Below, in pieces: positions 29,700-40,357 of a stretch of 64,000 nucleotides of DNA; positions within the stretch are counted from its first letter, which is position 1, and the number at the start of each line of letters is the position of its first letter. The position numbers and the translations under genes are program-made. The stretch is from positions 1,664,001-1,728,000 of the forward strand of contig CBDASK010000003.1 in assembly GCA_965199495.1 (NCBI GenBank). Direction: 5' to 3'. Source of the stretch: Abditibacterium sp. Lineage in GTDB: Bacteria > Armatimonadota > Abditibacteriia > Abditibacteriales > Abditibacteriaceae. The notes beneath the pieces are model-generated. The model saw only the letters and a program-made list of their open reading frames with translations, made no database searches and had not been told where the DNA came from.

Positions 29700-30805
29700 A
29701 TCGTCCGGTTAATTTTGGCGTGATCGGCGTCGGCGGCATGGGCGCGGCGCACGCGCATTTCGTCCATGAATTGGAAGAAACGCGTTTAATCGCCGTCGCC
29801 GACTGCGACGTGGCTGCTGCCGGGCGCGTGGCACGCGAGAGAAATTGCCGCGCGTTTACCGACGGCGCCGAATTAATTGATAGCGGCGATATTGACGCGG
29901 TAATAATTGCCACGCCGCACCCGCTTCATGTCGAGCTGACGCGTTATGCCGCCGCGCGCGGCATTCACGTTTTGTGCGAAAAACCGCTCGCCGCGTCGGT
30001 CGCCGATGCCGATTTGATGATTCAAAGTTGCCGCGAAAACGGCGTTTTGCTGGGCACGGTTTTTCAACAACGCACCGAGCCGTTGCGCCGCACCATGAAA
30101 CGTCTGGTCGGCGAATTGGGCGCAATCTATCGCGTTTCGCTGTCGGTCTGTTACTATCGCCCGCAATCCTATTATGATTCGGCAGAGTGGCGCGGCACTT
30201 GGCGCGGCGAGGGCGGCGGCATTTTGATGCAGGCCGCGCACGCCTTAGATCAGTTGGCGTGGCTGGCCGGACTGCCGGAGCGCGTCCAGACGTTGTCGTT
30301 GACGCGTTTACACCAAATCGCAACCGAGAACACCTCCGTTTCAATATTGGATTATGGCGGCGGCAAAGCCGGTTGGTTTTACATTTCGACGGCGGACACG
30401 TTGGAAGACGAGCGCATCGAAATTAGCGGCGAACGCGGCGCGTTGGTGTGGCAGGCGGGTCAGTTGCGCCAGTTGCAATTGCCACAACCGCTTTCGCGGC
30501 ATCTGCACAGCGCGCCCACAATGTTCGAGCCGTTGCGCGGAAATTGGCGCGATGTGGAAATTGACGCGGATTTGCGAAACGAACCGCAAGGCCACCGCGA
30601 AATCGTGCGCGCCTTCGCGCGGGCCGTGCGCCATAACGACGCCAGTTTAATGTTCGCGTCGGGCGAAGATGGTTTGCGTTCGCTCGAATTAGCCAACGCG
30701 ATGATGCTCGCCGGACAATGCAGCCACGCCGTCGAGTTGCCGCTGGATCGCGCGTGTTATCAAGCGATGTTGGACGAATTATGCGCGCGAGAGTTTGATT
30801 TATGA
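29696..30805 (+). CDS. Gfo/Idh/MocA family oxidoreductase
   Basis: GVIGVGGMG, IATPHPLH, HVLCEKP, GGGIL. Confidence 0.93.
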   Translation: MNRPVNFGVIGVGGMGAAHAHFVHELEETRLIAVADCDVAAAGRVARERNCRAFTDGAELIDSGDIDAVIIATPHPLHVELTRYAAARGIHVLCEKPLAASVADADLMIQSCRENGVLLGTVFQQRTEPLRRTMKRLVGELGAIYRVSLSVCYYRPQSYYDSAEWRGTWRGEGGGILMQAAHALDQLAWLAGLPERVQTLSLTRLHQIATENTSVSILDYGGGKAGWFYISTADTLEDERIEISGERGALVWQAGQLRQLQLPQPLSRHLHSAPTMFEPLRGNWRDVEIDADLRNEPQGHREIVRAFARAVRHNDASLMFASGEDGLRSLELANAMMLAGQCSHAVELPLDRACYQAMLDELCAREFDL

Positions 30806-30884
30806 TGGCGCGTGTCGGGCAAATATAGCGTTGAAAATTTGCTCGATTTTAAAGGAGGCACTGAAGCGTTGAATTAAGAATATA

Positions 30885-30931
30885 AACACAAAAAGAACGC
30901 GAGGTTTTTGACTTCGCGCTCTTTTTGTGTT
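30885..30931. terminator. Bidirectional intrinsic terminator-like hairpin
   Basis: AACACAAAAAGAACGCGAG...TTCGCGCTCTTTTTGTGTT. Confidence 0.65.
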
Positions 30932-30970
30932 AAATAGAGAAGAGTAATTGTGATTCTAAAGGAGATTTAA

Positions 30971-31210
30971 ATGTTATTGCGCTTTCTCAAAAAGAAGAGC
31001 TTTTCAAACACAACCGGCGATAGTTACGTTTTTGGTTCGATCATGATGAGCTTTTGCATCTTCATGTTTCTGAGCGATTACGTAGACAAAGGAACGGCCA
31101 TTTGTCTCGCTTTGACTTTTGGGGATATTCTATTTACTTTGATTGGCCTTCCATTTTTGCTCATCCGAATTTATCGAGAAAAACGAGAAAAAGAAGCGCG
31201 AAAATTATAG
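30971..31210 (+). CDS. Small hypothetical membrane protein (AT-rich)
   Basis: AAGGAG RBS, two hydrophobic segments, basic C-terminus. Confidence 0.55.
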   Translation: MLLRFLKKKSFSNTTGDSYVFGSIMMSFCIFMFLSDYVDKGTAICLALTFGDILFTLIGLPFLLIRIYREKREKEARKL

Positions 31211-32068
31211 TCGTTTTTTCGCCGCTTCGACCGTATTTTGCAGCAGCATCGCGACCGTCATCGGGCCGACGCCGCCGACGCGGGGCGTCATCCATTTGGC
31301 GACGCTCGCGACTTCGTCGTCTACGTCCGAGATAATTTTTTTGCCTTCGCCGCGCGTCAAGCCACCGCCAACGACGGCGGCGCCGGGTTTGATCATATCG
31401 GCTTTGATGAAGTTGGGCGCGCCCGCCGCCGCGACCACAATATCGCCTTGGCGCGTGTAATCGGCCAAGTTTTTCACGCCGGTATGCACGACAGTCACCG
31501 CCGCGTTGCAGCCGGGACGCTTGAGCGCCAATAACAGCGCGAGCGGGCGGCCAATCGTCAGGCCGCGCCCGACGATGACGACGTGGCTGCCTTCGACGGG
31601 CACATCGAATTCGTGCAACAATTCGACGATGCCGTGCGGAGTGCAGGGCAACGCGCCCGGCGCGCCCATGACCAGACGGCCCAAATTCACCGGATGCAAA
31701 CCGTCGGCGTCTTTAGCCGGGTCAATCGCCAACAATGCGGCTTCTTCGTCCAAACCTTTGGGCAGCGGCAACTGAACGATGTAAGCCGAAACTTGCGGAT
31801 CGGCGTTGAACTTTTCGATTTGCGCGATGACTTGCTCCTGCGTGGCATCGGCGGGTAAGAGCGCGTGAATCGAGGCGATGCCCGCTTCTTCGCAGGCTTT
31901 GATTTTGGCGCCGACATAAGTCGCCGAAGCCGGATCGTCGCCGACTAAAATCGTGCCCAGTCCGGGATTAATACCGCGTTGTTTCAGTTCGGTAACTTCG
32001 GTTTTCAATCGGTCGCGAATTTTTTGAGCGGTCGCTTTGCCGTCGAGCCAAATCGGTGAATTTTCCAT
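31205..32068 (-). CDS. folD: Bifunctional methylenetetrahydrofolate dehydrogenase/cyclohydrolase
   Basis: LVGDDPASATYV, VQLPLP, KDADGLHP, PCTP, GGVGPMT. Start MENSP. Confidence 0.97.
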   Translation of the reverse strand: MENSPIWLDGKATAQKIRDRLKTEVTELKQRGINPGLGTILVGDDPASATYVGAKIKACEEAGIASIHALLPADATQEQVIAQIEKFNADPQVSAYIVQLPLPKGLDEEAALLAIDPAKDADGLHPVNLGRLVMGAPGALPCTPHGIVELLHEFDVPVEGSHVVIVGRGLTIGRPLALLLALKRPGCNAAVTVVHTGVKNLADYTRQGDIVVAAAGAPNFIKADMIKPGAAVVGGGLTRGEGKKIISDVDDEVASVAKWMTPRVGGVGPMTVAMLLQNTVEAAKKRL

Positions 32069-32109
32069 CGGTGCGAGTTTAGCAAGCGCGCGTGTTGATT
32101 TGGCCGAAT

Positions 32110-32447
32110 GGTTTTTTGACCACAAAAACACAGAAATCACAAAGGTCACAAAAAAGACAAAAGGTTTTGATGAACCGTTTCTGAATGAAGAAAGTTCGAC
32201 GAACTCTTTTGTCTTTAGGAGTTACGCAGTTTCCTGCGCCTGTCATTTCGAGCGAAGCCGAGAAATCTTTCGGCCCCGCGCCAGCGGAAGTCATAGACAA
32301 CTTTGAACGCGAAAACCGCTTGAACGGCGCTGCCGCGCGGGTGCAAGATTTCTCGGCTCCGCTCGAAATGACAAATTGGAGCCAACTGCGTAACTCCTGT
32401 CTTTTTTGTGACCTTTGTGATTTCTGTGTTTTTGTGGTCAAAAAACC
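32110..32447. repeat. Palindromic element family A, copy 2 (interrupted by a nested MITE)
   Basis: Perfect 50-bp arms 32110-32159 and 32398-32447. Confidence 0.85.
32217..32398. mobile_element. MITE-like element with 15-bp TIRs, 6-bp TSD GTCTTT and an internal GTCATTTCGAGCG REP-like doublet
   Basis: AGGAGTTACGCAGTT...AACTGCGTAACTCCT flanked by GTCTTT on both sides; inner TGTCATTTCGAGCGAAGCCGAGAAATCT / AGATTTCTCGGCTCCGCTCGAAATGACA. Confidence 0.82.
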
Positions 32448-32461
32448 GTCTAATCAGACCG

Positions 32462-33844
32462 TCAATATCCGCGCCCGTCTTTTTTGCGCCGATTGCGTTC
32501 GTTGATAAGCGCCTTGAGATTCTCTTTTTCCAAATCGGTAAACGCGCGTCGAATGCGGTTCGAACTCCATTTGGGGTTGGGGCGATACCACGGTTTGTCC
32601 TCGAACTGCGCCTGATAATTTTTGTCGCCGAAAGTTTGGCCGTAGCGCGCGAACATTTCGTTGGTCATGTAGCGCAAGTCGTCGTCGGACAAGCGAGTCA
32701 AACCGTCGGGCGAGAGTTGGCGCGTGCGCGTTTGCGCGAAACGCTCGCCCGGCAAACGGTCGGGTGAATCGTCGCGAATGGGAGCGTCCGCGTCCGATGG
32801 CGTCGGTTCGGGCGTAACGTTGGAATTTGAATCGGAGTCATCGGGCGCGGTTTGCGATTCATCCGTCGGTTCGGGAATCGGCGTTGGCTCCGGCGTGGCT
32901 GTGGGTTCGGGCGTGGGCGTGGGTTGCGCTTCGGGCAACGGCGGCGCGGTGAATTCGGTGGCGGGCGGCGCGTCGGGGCCGGGATTGAGCGGCGCGTCGG
33001 GTTGTGCGTTGGGGTCGGACGTCGCGATGTTGTAGCGCCGCTTTTTCGATTGCAACGCGTCGAGAACGTCGCGCGGCGGCGCCCATTGCGGATACAAGCG
33101 CGGTTCGGCGGCGATCCAATTATCAATGGCTATGCTGGCGGCGGTGAGCTTGCGCGCCATCTCTTCGCGCGCCGTTTTATATTTGCGAAACGCCGCGCCC
33201 GCCTCGCGCGCAACTTCCACGCTCTGGCCGACGAACTCGTCGCCCGACGGCGGCACATAAGGCGAATTCAAACCCGCATCGTTGGCTGCGGCGATCTCTT
33301 CGAGGGCGTCGTGGCGGCTGGCGACTTCCAATTTTTGGCGCGTAACGGCTTCTTCGGCGCGCACGTATTCGTTCTCGATTTCCATCAATTGCACCAGATT
33401 GTCAACGTCACTTTGATAATCTGGGGCAACCATCGTGCGCAACTTGCGCACGAGCGTGTCGCGGTCGCTTTTGTTTTTGGCGGTGCGATTGAAAAATTCG
33501 GCGTAAGTGATATTTTGTGAACCGTCGGCGCCCAAAATCTCCAGCACGAGCGCGTTATCGTTGCGCACAATGGCGCCGATGCGCTCGCGCAAGTCGGCCA
33601 GTCGCGCGTTTTCGGCGCGTTTGCCCGACCAGATTCCACCGCCGATCATCACTAAAATCAAAACGATGGCGCCGAACGCGGGCCAAAACCAACGCGGCAA
33701 CGCGCGCGCTGGCGATTGTGGCTCGTCCTCGTCCGCGTTGTCTTCCAAATTTTCGGTGGGCGCATCGAATTCTGCCGGATCGAAATCGTCGTCGAATTCA
33801 TCGGGCGACTCGTCCATCGGTTCGTCAAAGGGCGTGCGTTCCAT
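32462..33844 (-). CDS. Membrane-anchored YARHG-domain protein with Pro-rich linker
   Basis: Acidic N-terminus, TM, helical region, PTPEPT linker, LRYMTNEMFARYGQTF...WYRP. Confidence 0.8.
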   Translation of the reverse strand: MERTPFDEPMDESPDEFDDDFDPAEFDAPTENLEDNADEDEPQSPARALPRWFWPAFGAIVLILVMIGGGIWSGKRAENARLADLRERIGAIVRNDNALVLEILGADGSQNITYAEFFNRTAKNKSDRDTLVRKLRTMVAPDYQSDVDNLVQLMEIENEYVRAEEAVTRQKLEVASRHDALEEIAAANDAGLNSPYVPPSGDEFVGQSVEVAREAGAAFRKYKTAREEMARKLTAASIAIDNWIAAEPRLYPQWAPPRDVLDALQSKKRRYNIATSDPNAQPDAPLNPGPDAPPATEFTAPPLPEAQPTPTPEPTATPEPTPIPEPTDESQTAPDDSDSNSNVTPEPTPSDADAPIRDDSPDRLPGERFAQTRTRQLSPDGLTRLSDDDLRYMTNEMFARYGQTFGDKNYQAQFEDKPWYRPNPKWSSNRIRRAFTDLEKENLKALINERNRRKKDGRGY

Positions 33845-33957
33845 TGGGTTAAGTGTGGCAATTCGCGCGCGGTCGCGTGCAAAGATGACGAAACGCAACG
33901 CGCCGCGCCCGACAAACGTTTGGCTGACAGTCGCCATCCAAACGGCGTTTCTTAACT

Positions 33958-34320
33958 ATGAAAATTTATGTTGCTTCCCTTCTTGGCCTTTCGACGATCT
34001 GCGCATCCAGCGCTCTGTTAATCGCCGCGCCCAAAAAGCCCGCCGTCGCCAAAGCGCCGCAAAAAGTGACAATCACTTTGCCGATGGACTACAAAAACGC
34101 GCCCGCCGCCACCGTCAAAGCGGGTCAACCCGTCGCATTGACGTTTTATTTAAAAAGCGAGGCCGATTGCGGCGATACCATTACCCTGCCCGCCGCCAAA
34201 TGGAAGAAAACGCTGAAAGTCGGCGAAAAAGCCACCGTCGTTTACACGCCCACCAAAACCGGCAAACTCACCTTTGCGTGTGGTATGAACATGATGAAAG
34301 GCTCGCTTTTGGTCAAATAA
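33958..34320 (+). CDS. Exported cupredoxin-like protein (Cupredoxin_1/CupA-like)
   Basis: Signal peptide; FACGMNMMKG motif. Confidence 0.82.
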   Translation: MKIYVASLLGLSTICASSALLIAAPKKPAVAKAPQKVTITLPMDYKNAPAATVKAGQPVALTFYLKSEADCGDTITLPAAKWKKTLKVGEKATVVYTPTKTGKLTFACGMNMMKGSLLVK

Positions 34321-34404
34321 AACCATTCTCGTTCCGTGCGGTAAACTTCGACCGTTTCAAATGTCTAACAGTTGGCGCGCTCGGCGCGTTTATCCCACTC
34401 CGCA

Positions 34405-34695
34405 ATGAACGAAGAACTCCGCAAGAAATCGCGCGCGCGCATCAATCGCATTAACGGCCAAGTCACCGGCATCGGCAAAATGATTGACGAAGAGCGTTAT
34501 TGTCTCGACATCCTCAACCAAGTCGCCGCCGCCCGCGCCGCGCTCGACGCGCTGGGCGTCGAAGTGCTGACCAGCCACCTCGAATCGTGTGTCGTTGGCC
34601 ACGGCACCGATTCGCAGCACGAATGCGCCAAAGCCCTGACCCAAGAAGAATTAGTCGAAGAAGTGCGCGCCTCGCTCAAACGTTTTCTGCGCTAA
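34405..34695 (+). CDS. csoR: CsoR/RcnR family metal-sensitive repressor
   Basis: RINRINGQV.GI.KMI..ERYCLDIL.Q, HLESCV. Confidence 0.88.
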   Translation: MNEELRKKSRARINRINGQVTGIGKMIDEERYCLDILNQVAAARAALDALGVEVLTSHLESCVVGHGTDSQHECAKALTQEELVEEVRASLKRFLR

Positions 34696-34744
34696 TAAGC
34701 GCCAAAGGCGGGAACGCGGCGCGCTTTTCGCGCTTCTATTTCAT

Positions 34745-34761
34745 ATACCCCCACAATGTAT
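34745..34761. promoter_or_regulatory. Putative CsoR operator
   Basis: ATAC-CCCCACAAT-GTAT (ATAC/GTAT inverted ends with a C-tract) just upstream of copZ, similar to described CsoR operators. Confidence 0.45.
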
Positions 34762-34776
34762 TTGGTGGATAATTCA

Positions 34777-34983
34777 ATGGAAACTCTCAATTTAAAAATC
34801 AGTGGAATGTCGTGCGCGATGTGCGTTGGTCACGTTACCGGCGCGCTACAAGCCACGCCGGGCGTGACCAACGCTGTCGTTGATCTGGATTCGCACAGCG
34901 CGCGCGTCGAAGGCGAAAATTTGGACATCGAACAGCTCAAAGCCGCCGTCGAAGAAGAAGGCTACGAAGCGGAAGTCGCGTAA
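34777..34983 (+). CDS. copZ: Copper chaperone (HMA domain)
   Basis: GMSCAMC motif. Confidence 0.88.
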   Translation: METLNLKISGMSCAMCVGHVTGALQATPGVTNAVVDLDSHSARVEGENLDIEQLKAAVEEEGYEAEVA

Positions 34984-34986
34984 AAC

Positions 34987-37305
34987 ATGAGCCAGATGCT
35001 GGAAAAGATTTCAACCCAGAGCGCCGATTTGCCGCTGCTGGGAATGCACTGTGCCGCCTGCGCCAATCGTATCGAGAAGGCGCTCAATCGCGCGCCGGGC
35101 GTCGAAAGTTGCAACGTCAACTACGCCACCGAGCGCGCGACGGTCGCTTACGATCCGGCGCGAACCGACGCGCACAAGTTGCGCGAAGCCGTCAAAAAAG
35201 CCGGTTACGACGCGATTGTGCCCGATGAACAGAGCGGCGACGAAGCGAATTCACATCACGAGGCGGGCGCCGTGGCTGATGCCGAGAGCGAGGCGCGCGC
35301 GCAGGAATATGCGGCGCAAAAACGCAAGTTCACCGGCGCGCTGGCGTTGACGATTCCGGTCGCGATTTTAGGCATGGGCGGGCATTTTTTTCCTTCGCTG
35401 CAAAGTGCGCTCAACTTTCCCGGTCGCGAATGGATCGAGTTGGTTTTGACTTCGGTTGTGCTGTTTTGGGCGGGCGGCGAGTTTTTTAGCGGCGCCTTCA
35501 CGGCGGCCAAACATCGCGCCGCCGATATGAACACGCTCGTCGCGATTGGCACTTTTACGGCTTACGCGTTTAGCGTGGTCGCGACGTTCGCGCCCGGTTT
35601 GTTTCACGCGGACGCGGCGATGAAAAGTTCGATGGTTTATTACGAAACCGCCGCCATCGTCGTGACTTTAATTTTGATGGGCCGCTTGCTCGAAGCGCGG
35701 GCGCGCGCCCGCACCGGCGGCGCGATTCGCGCGTTGATGGGACTGCAAGCCAAAACGGCGCGCGTGCAACGCGACGGCGTCGAGCGCGATATTCCCATCG
35801 AACAGGTGCGCGTCGGCGATTTAATTACGGTGCGGCCCGGCGAGAAAATCCCGGTTGACGGAGTGATCGAAGACGGCCAATCGAGCGTGGGCGAATCCAT
35901 GCTGACGGGCGAACCGTCGCCCGTCAAAAAGGCGGCGGGCGACGAAGTTATCGGCGCGACTTTGAACCAAACCGGCAGCTTTCGTTTTCGCGCGACTAAA
36001 GTCGGCAAAGATACGACATTGCAGGGCATCGTGCGTTTGGTGCAACAGGCGCAGGGCAGCAAAGCGCCAATTCAACATTTGGCCGACGCGATTTCGGGCG
36101 TTTTCGTGCCGATTGTGATTTGCATCGCCATCGCGACTTTCGTGATTTGGTTCCTCGCGTCGCCCCTCGAAAACCGTTTACAAATGGCGCTTTTGACCAG
36201 CGTTTCGGTTTTGGTCATCGCCTGTCCGTGCGCGCTGGGATTGGCCACGCCGACCGCAATTATGGTCGGGACGGGGCGCGGCGCGAGCGCGGGCATTTTG
36301 ATCAAAAGCGGGCAAGCCCTCGAAACCGCCTACAAACTCGACACAATTGTGCTGGATAAAACTGGCACAATCACGCAGGGTTCGCCGAGCGTAACGGATA
36401 TAGTGGCGATTTCCGATGAGAACGAATTATTGCGATTGGCGGCATCCGCCGAGCGTGGCAGCGAGCATCCGTTGGGCGAAGCGATGGTGCGCGCGGCGCG
36501 GGAGCGCGAGTTGAAACTTAGCGACGCCAGCGATTTCAACGCGATTGCCGGACAGGGCATCGTGGCGCGCGTTGAGGGGCGCGAACTGTTGATTGGCAAT
36601 TTGAAGTTGATGCAATCGCATCAAATCGCGCCCGACGAAACGCGGGCGCAGGAGTTGGCGCGGCAGGGGAAAACGCCAACGTTTGTGGCAATTGACGGCG
36701 CGTTCGCCGGGATTATCGCCATCGCCGATCCGATTAAAGCGGGTTCGCGCGCGGGCATCGAGAAACTCCGCGCGTTGGGTCTGGAAGTCGCGATGTTGAC
36801 GGGCGACAATGCAGCCACGGCGAACGCCATTGCGCATCAAGTTGGGATTACGCGCGTGTTGGCCGAGGTTGTGCCCGCCGAAAAAGCCGCCGAAATTCAG
36901 CAGTTGCAGGCGCAGGGCAAAATTGTGGCGATGGTTGGCGACGGCATCAACGACGCGCCCGCTTTAGCCCAGGCCCATGTCGGAATCGCGATGGGAACCG
37001 GCACTGACATCGCGCTCGAAGCCGCCGATATTACACTCGTCAAAGGCGATTTGAACGGCGTCGCGGCCAGCATCGGTTTGTCGCGCGCCACGGTTGGGAA
37101 CATCCGGCAAAATTTGTTCTTCGCGTTCGTTTACAACATCATCGGAATCCCGATTGCGGCGGGCGTTTTGTATCCGTTCACCGGCCATTTGCTGTCGCCG
37201 ATTCTGGCGAGTCTGGCGATGGCTTTGTCCAGCGTGAGCGTGATTACTAACGCGTTGCGTCTGCGCGGGTTTAAAGTCGCGCGGGGAGAAACAAACGATG
37301 GATAA
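34987..37305 (+). CDS. copA: Cu(I)-translocating P1B-type ATPase
   Basis: [33 protein letters not shown] and MALSS. Confidence 0.96.
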   Translation: MSQMLEKISTQSADLPLLGMHCAACANRIEKALNRAPGVESCNVNYATERATVAYDPARTDAHKLREAVKKAGYDAIVPDEQSGDEANSHHEAGAVADAESEARAQEYAAQKRKFTGALALTIPVAILGMGGHFFPSLQSALNFPGREWIELVLTSVVLFWAGGEFFSGAFTAAKHRAADMNTLVAIGTFTAYAFSVVATFAPGLFHADAAMKSSMVYYETAAIVVTLILMGRLLEARARARTGGAIRALMGLQAKTARVQRDGVERDIPIEQVRVGDLITVRPGEKIPVDGVIEDGQSSVGESMLTGEPSPVKKAAGDEVIGATLNQTGSFRFRATKVGKDTTLQGIVRLVQQAQGSKAPIQHLADAISGVFVPIVICIAIATFVIWFLASPLENRLQMALLTSVSVLVIACPCALGLATPTAIMVGTGRGASAGILIKSGQALETAYKLDTIVLDKTGTITQGSPSVTDIVAISDENELLRLAASAERGSEHPLGEAMVRAARERELKLSDASDFNAIAGQGIVARVEGRELLIGNLKLMQSHQIAPDETRAQELARQGKTPTFVAIDGAFAGIIAIADPIKAGSRAGIEKLRALGLEVAMLTGDNAATANAIAHQVGITRVLAEVVPAEKAAEIQQLQAQGKIVAMVGDGINDAPALAQAHVGIAMGTGTDIALEAADITLVKGDLNGVAASIGLSRATVGNIRQNLFFAFVYNIIGIPIAAGVLYPFTGHLLSPILASLAMALSSVSVITNALRLRGFKVARGETNDG

Positions 37306-37522
37306 CGCACAAATCAGCGTCTTGGTCGGCGGCGTGGCTGCTATCGCGGGCGTGCTGTGGTTTTTCTTCGGCGCACGCGAAGAAGAAACTGGCGCCGAAA
37401 AAGTGGACGGGCCAATTTACGCGTGCCCGATGCACGCATGGATTACGAGCGATGACGCGGCGGCCAATTGCTCGATTTGCGGGATGAAATTGGTTTTGCA
37501 AGAGCAGCCCAACAAAAAATAG
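37298..37522 (+). CDS. Small membrane-anchored heavy-metal-binding domain protein
   Basis: N-terminal TM followed by YACPMH...CSICGMKLV. Confidence 0.8.
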   Translation: MDNAQISVLVGGVAAIAGVLWFFFGAREEETGAEKVDGPIYACPMHAWITSDDAAANCSICGMKLVLQEQPNKK

Positions 37523-37568
37523 CGGCCCCGCGTTCTCTACATGGACGCTATTTTTTTGTTGGCTCGAT

Positions 37569-39632
37569 TCATCGTCGGAACGGATTCAGAATGCTGACAG
37601 CCGCTAAAACGCTCGACAAAGTCGAAGGCTTATTATTCGCTTCGGGCACATAAACCACGTCGCCCGCGCGTATGGGGAGCGACGAGACCAGCACATCGCC
37701 CTTTTTCTGATTGAGATTGACTTCGGTGCGGTCAACGCCATCGGGCGTCGAGCGGATGATGGCGATTTTGTTCAACTGCGCGCCGGGAACCGGGCCGCCC
37801 GCCAGACTTAAACTTTCGCCCAAAGTCACCGTGCCGATGGCGGGCACCGCGTAATAATCGGAGGTTTTGACGCCGCCGACCACGTAAATCAGATTATCGG
37901 CGCGTGCCACCACGACGTAATCGCCATCGCGCAGCAAGATCGGCGGCGCGGCGGCGCCACGCAACAACGCCTCGCGCACGTTGACGACTTCGCTCGTGCC
38001 GTCGGCGTGACGAATGGTCACGTTGTCCAAACTCGCCTGCGAGGTTTTGCCGTCGGCGCGCGCGATAACGTCCACCAAATTGGTGCCCGGCGCCACTTCA
38101 AAGGCGCCCGGTTTTTTGACTTCGCCCGAAATCGTCACGCGCACCGCGACAATCGCTTCGACTGTCACGCGGTCGCCATCGTAAACGCGTTCGTTCAAAA
38201 CGCGCGCGTCGGTGCCGTTGCCGCCATTGCGCGCGAGGGCAGCAGCCACCGGCAAGCCCGGCGTGGCTATTGCGTTTGTCGAAGTGATGACCGTTTCGCC
38301 CTTGCTCGCGGCGACTTCGCGCATACGGTCGAGCAGCGTTTTTGGCGGCGCGGGCGTGGCTGTTATAGCTTGCGTGGAATTCACCGGAATTCGCGCGGCT
38401 TGATTATTCGCCGCCACGTTTTGTGCCGCGTGTTCGACGCGAATCAGCGATTGCGCGGCGGGCGCGCTCAGGCCACCGGCGGCGATAATCACGTCGGTGA
38501 CGCGCGGGTTGGTCGCGGTTTCGAGCGTATAAGTGCCCGGCTTGACAACGGCTCCGAAAATCGTGACGCCGCGCGCTTCGGGAACGGTGACGACATCGCC
38601 GCTTTGCAAACTCAGGTTTTGGCTGTCGTCGCCCAAAACTGTCAGCGCATACAAATCGAGCGGCACGGTTTGTCCGTTTTTGCGTGTCAAGGTGGCGCGC
38701 GTCAAAGCGGCGCGCGGCGCGGCGCCGCCCGCTTCGGCGAGGGCCTGCGCCAGTTGCAGCGGCTTGGCGGCATCGAGCGCGAAATAACCCGGTTTGGCGA
38801 CGGCGCCCAAAATCGCGATGCGGTCATTCGAGGGTGAAATCACGATCAAATCGCCCGGCTGCACTTTGGTTTCGTTGGTGTTGCCCGGCGCCAGATTCAG
38901 CACGCCCGTCGCGCCGTTTTTGCGCGTCACCGTGACCGCGCGCGAGGCGCCGGGCGCGAAACCGCCCGCCAAAGCGATGGCGTCGCTAATCGAAGCGCCG
39001 CGCGGCGCTTCGATGGCGCCCGGCGCCACGACTTGTCCGGCCACGCGAATCGGAATCGTGCTTTCGATGATGCGCAGATTATCGCCCGCTTGCAATGGAC
39101 GATTTTCGCTCGAACCACTGTTGCGCAAAACGTTGAGCAAATTCAGCATGATAGCGGGACTTCCCTGTCGGCTAAAAGTCGCCGAGGCGGTTTCGGGCGA
39201 AGTCGTCAGACCGCCCGCCGCCGCAATCGCTTCGGAGATGCGCCAGTTGGGGCCGATCTCAAAGAGGCCCGGCGTTTTGACCGCGCCCGAAACCGAGATT
39301 TGGCGGGGCCGCGATTGCACCAGCGTCACCGTCACCGTCGGATCGTTGAGTTGGCGCGACAAGCCGTTGCGCACGATAGCAGTGATTTCGCCCGTCGTTT
39401 TGCCCGATGCCACAACCGAACCCACAAACGGCAGACGAATGCGCCCGCCCGGATCGACTTCGATTTTTTCGGCGCTCAGTTCGGGGTGGCGCAAAACCGC
39501 GACGCTCAAAACGTCGCGCGGCCCCAGCCGATAATCTTGCGCCGCAGCGACCTGATACAAAGAAGCAATCGCGACGAAAAACAACAGCCACGTCGAGGCC
39601 AGAGACTGGCGAAAAGATACAATTTGGGACAT
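37569..39632 (-). CDS. Polysaccharide export protein with multiple SLBB domains (Wza/KpsD-like)
   Basis: DYRLGPRDVL, G.IRLPFVG, repeated V.GAV..PG...AGG SLBB units. Confidence 0.9.
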   Translation of the reverse strand: MSQIVSFRQSLASTWLLFFVAIASLYQVAAAQDYRLGPRDVLSVAVLRHPELSAEKIEVDPGGRIRLPFVGSVVASGKTTGEITAIVRNGLSRQLNDPTVTVTLVQSRPRQISVSGAVKTPGLFEIGPNWRISEAIAAAGGLTTSPETASATFSRQGSPAIMLNLLNVLRNSGSSENRPLQAGDNLRIIESTIPIRVAGQVVAPGAIEAPRGASISDAIALAGGFAPGASRAVTVTRKNGATGVLNLAPGNTNETKVQPGDLIVISPSNDRIAILGAVAKPGYFALDAAKPLQLAQALAEAGGAAPRAALTRATLTRKNGQTVPLDLYALTVLGDDSQNLSLQSGDVVTVPEARGVTIFGAVVKPGTYTLETATNPRVTDVIIAAGGLSAPAAQSLIRVEHAAQNVAANNQAARIPVNSTQAITATPAPPKTLLDRMREVAASKGETVITSTNAIATPGLPVAAALARNGGNGTDARVLNERVYDGDRVTVEAIVAVRVTISGEVKKPGAFEVAPGTNLVDVIARADGKTSQASLDNVTIRHADGTSEVVNVREALLRGAAAPPILLRDGDYVVVARADNLIYVVGGVKTSDYYAVPAIGTVTLGESLSLAGGPVPGAQLNKIAIIRSTPDGVDRTEVNLNQKKGDVLVSSLPIRAGDVVYVPEANNKPSTLSSVLAAVSILNPFRR

Positions 39633-40357
39633 CGTTAAAACAAAACCAATTAAGGATGGCAAACCCACAGCGTGCGTTGCCAGCCATAAATCTCAACTCA
39701 AAGGCGCTACTCCACAGAAACAAACAATTAGCCATTTGAATCAAGCGACGGTCGAACGCTCGTCAAAAAAGAAAGTTTTGCTCAAGCACGTATTTTGACA
39801 TATTATAAGTTTGCTGGCAGCAAACTTCCGGGCGCGTGAATTGCCATTCATTTATCTAATTACAGTTTTCCGCAAAATTAACGGGGAAAATCTTAAAATT
39901 TCATCTCAGTTCTTGGCAATAACATGGCAATCTATAAATCACCGACGCAAAATCGCCAACTCAATCGAATTACCGCGACGAGCAGACACGTTATGCCCAA
40001 CCCGAATTTCAGTTTCCTTAAAAATTCATGGCCGCTTTCCAAGGGGACTCAATCCGCTTCCAATTTTGAGGCGCTCACCGCCGTCGAAGCCGATGCTCTA
40101 CCCGTCGAGTTGAGTTTGGGAACGCCGCACGCCGTGTTCGCATTGGTGCGCGACAGCCTCAACATTTTGGGCGCGTTCGCCTTGGGCAAAGAAGCGCGCC
40201 TGTCGCGCAATCACTCCGCCCAACTCTGCGAATTGATGAATGTCGGATAGCCGGATTTCAGATTTCGGATAAATTCATCACAATTTGTCGCATAAGAAAA
40301 CGCCCGCCTCTTTGTTTGACGGGCGCTTTTTCGTATCCGAAATCCTAAAATCCGACA

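Noticed and set aside
39924..40250. Small ORF (85-108 aa) between the Wza-like gene and the SPL-like gene
   Set aside because: No recognisable motif or clear start. It could be a real small gene or a remnant, but is unsupported.
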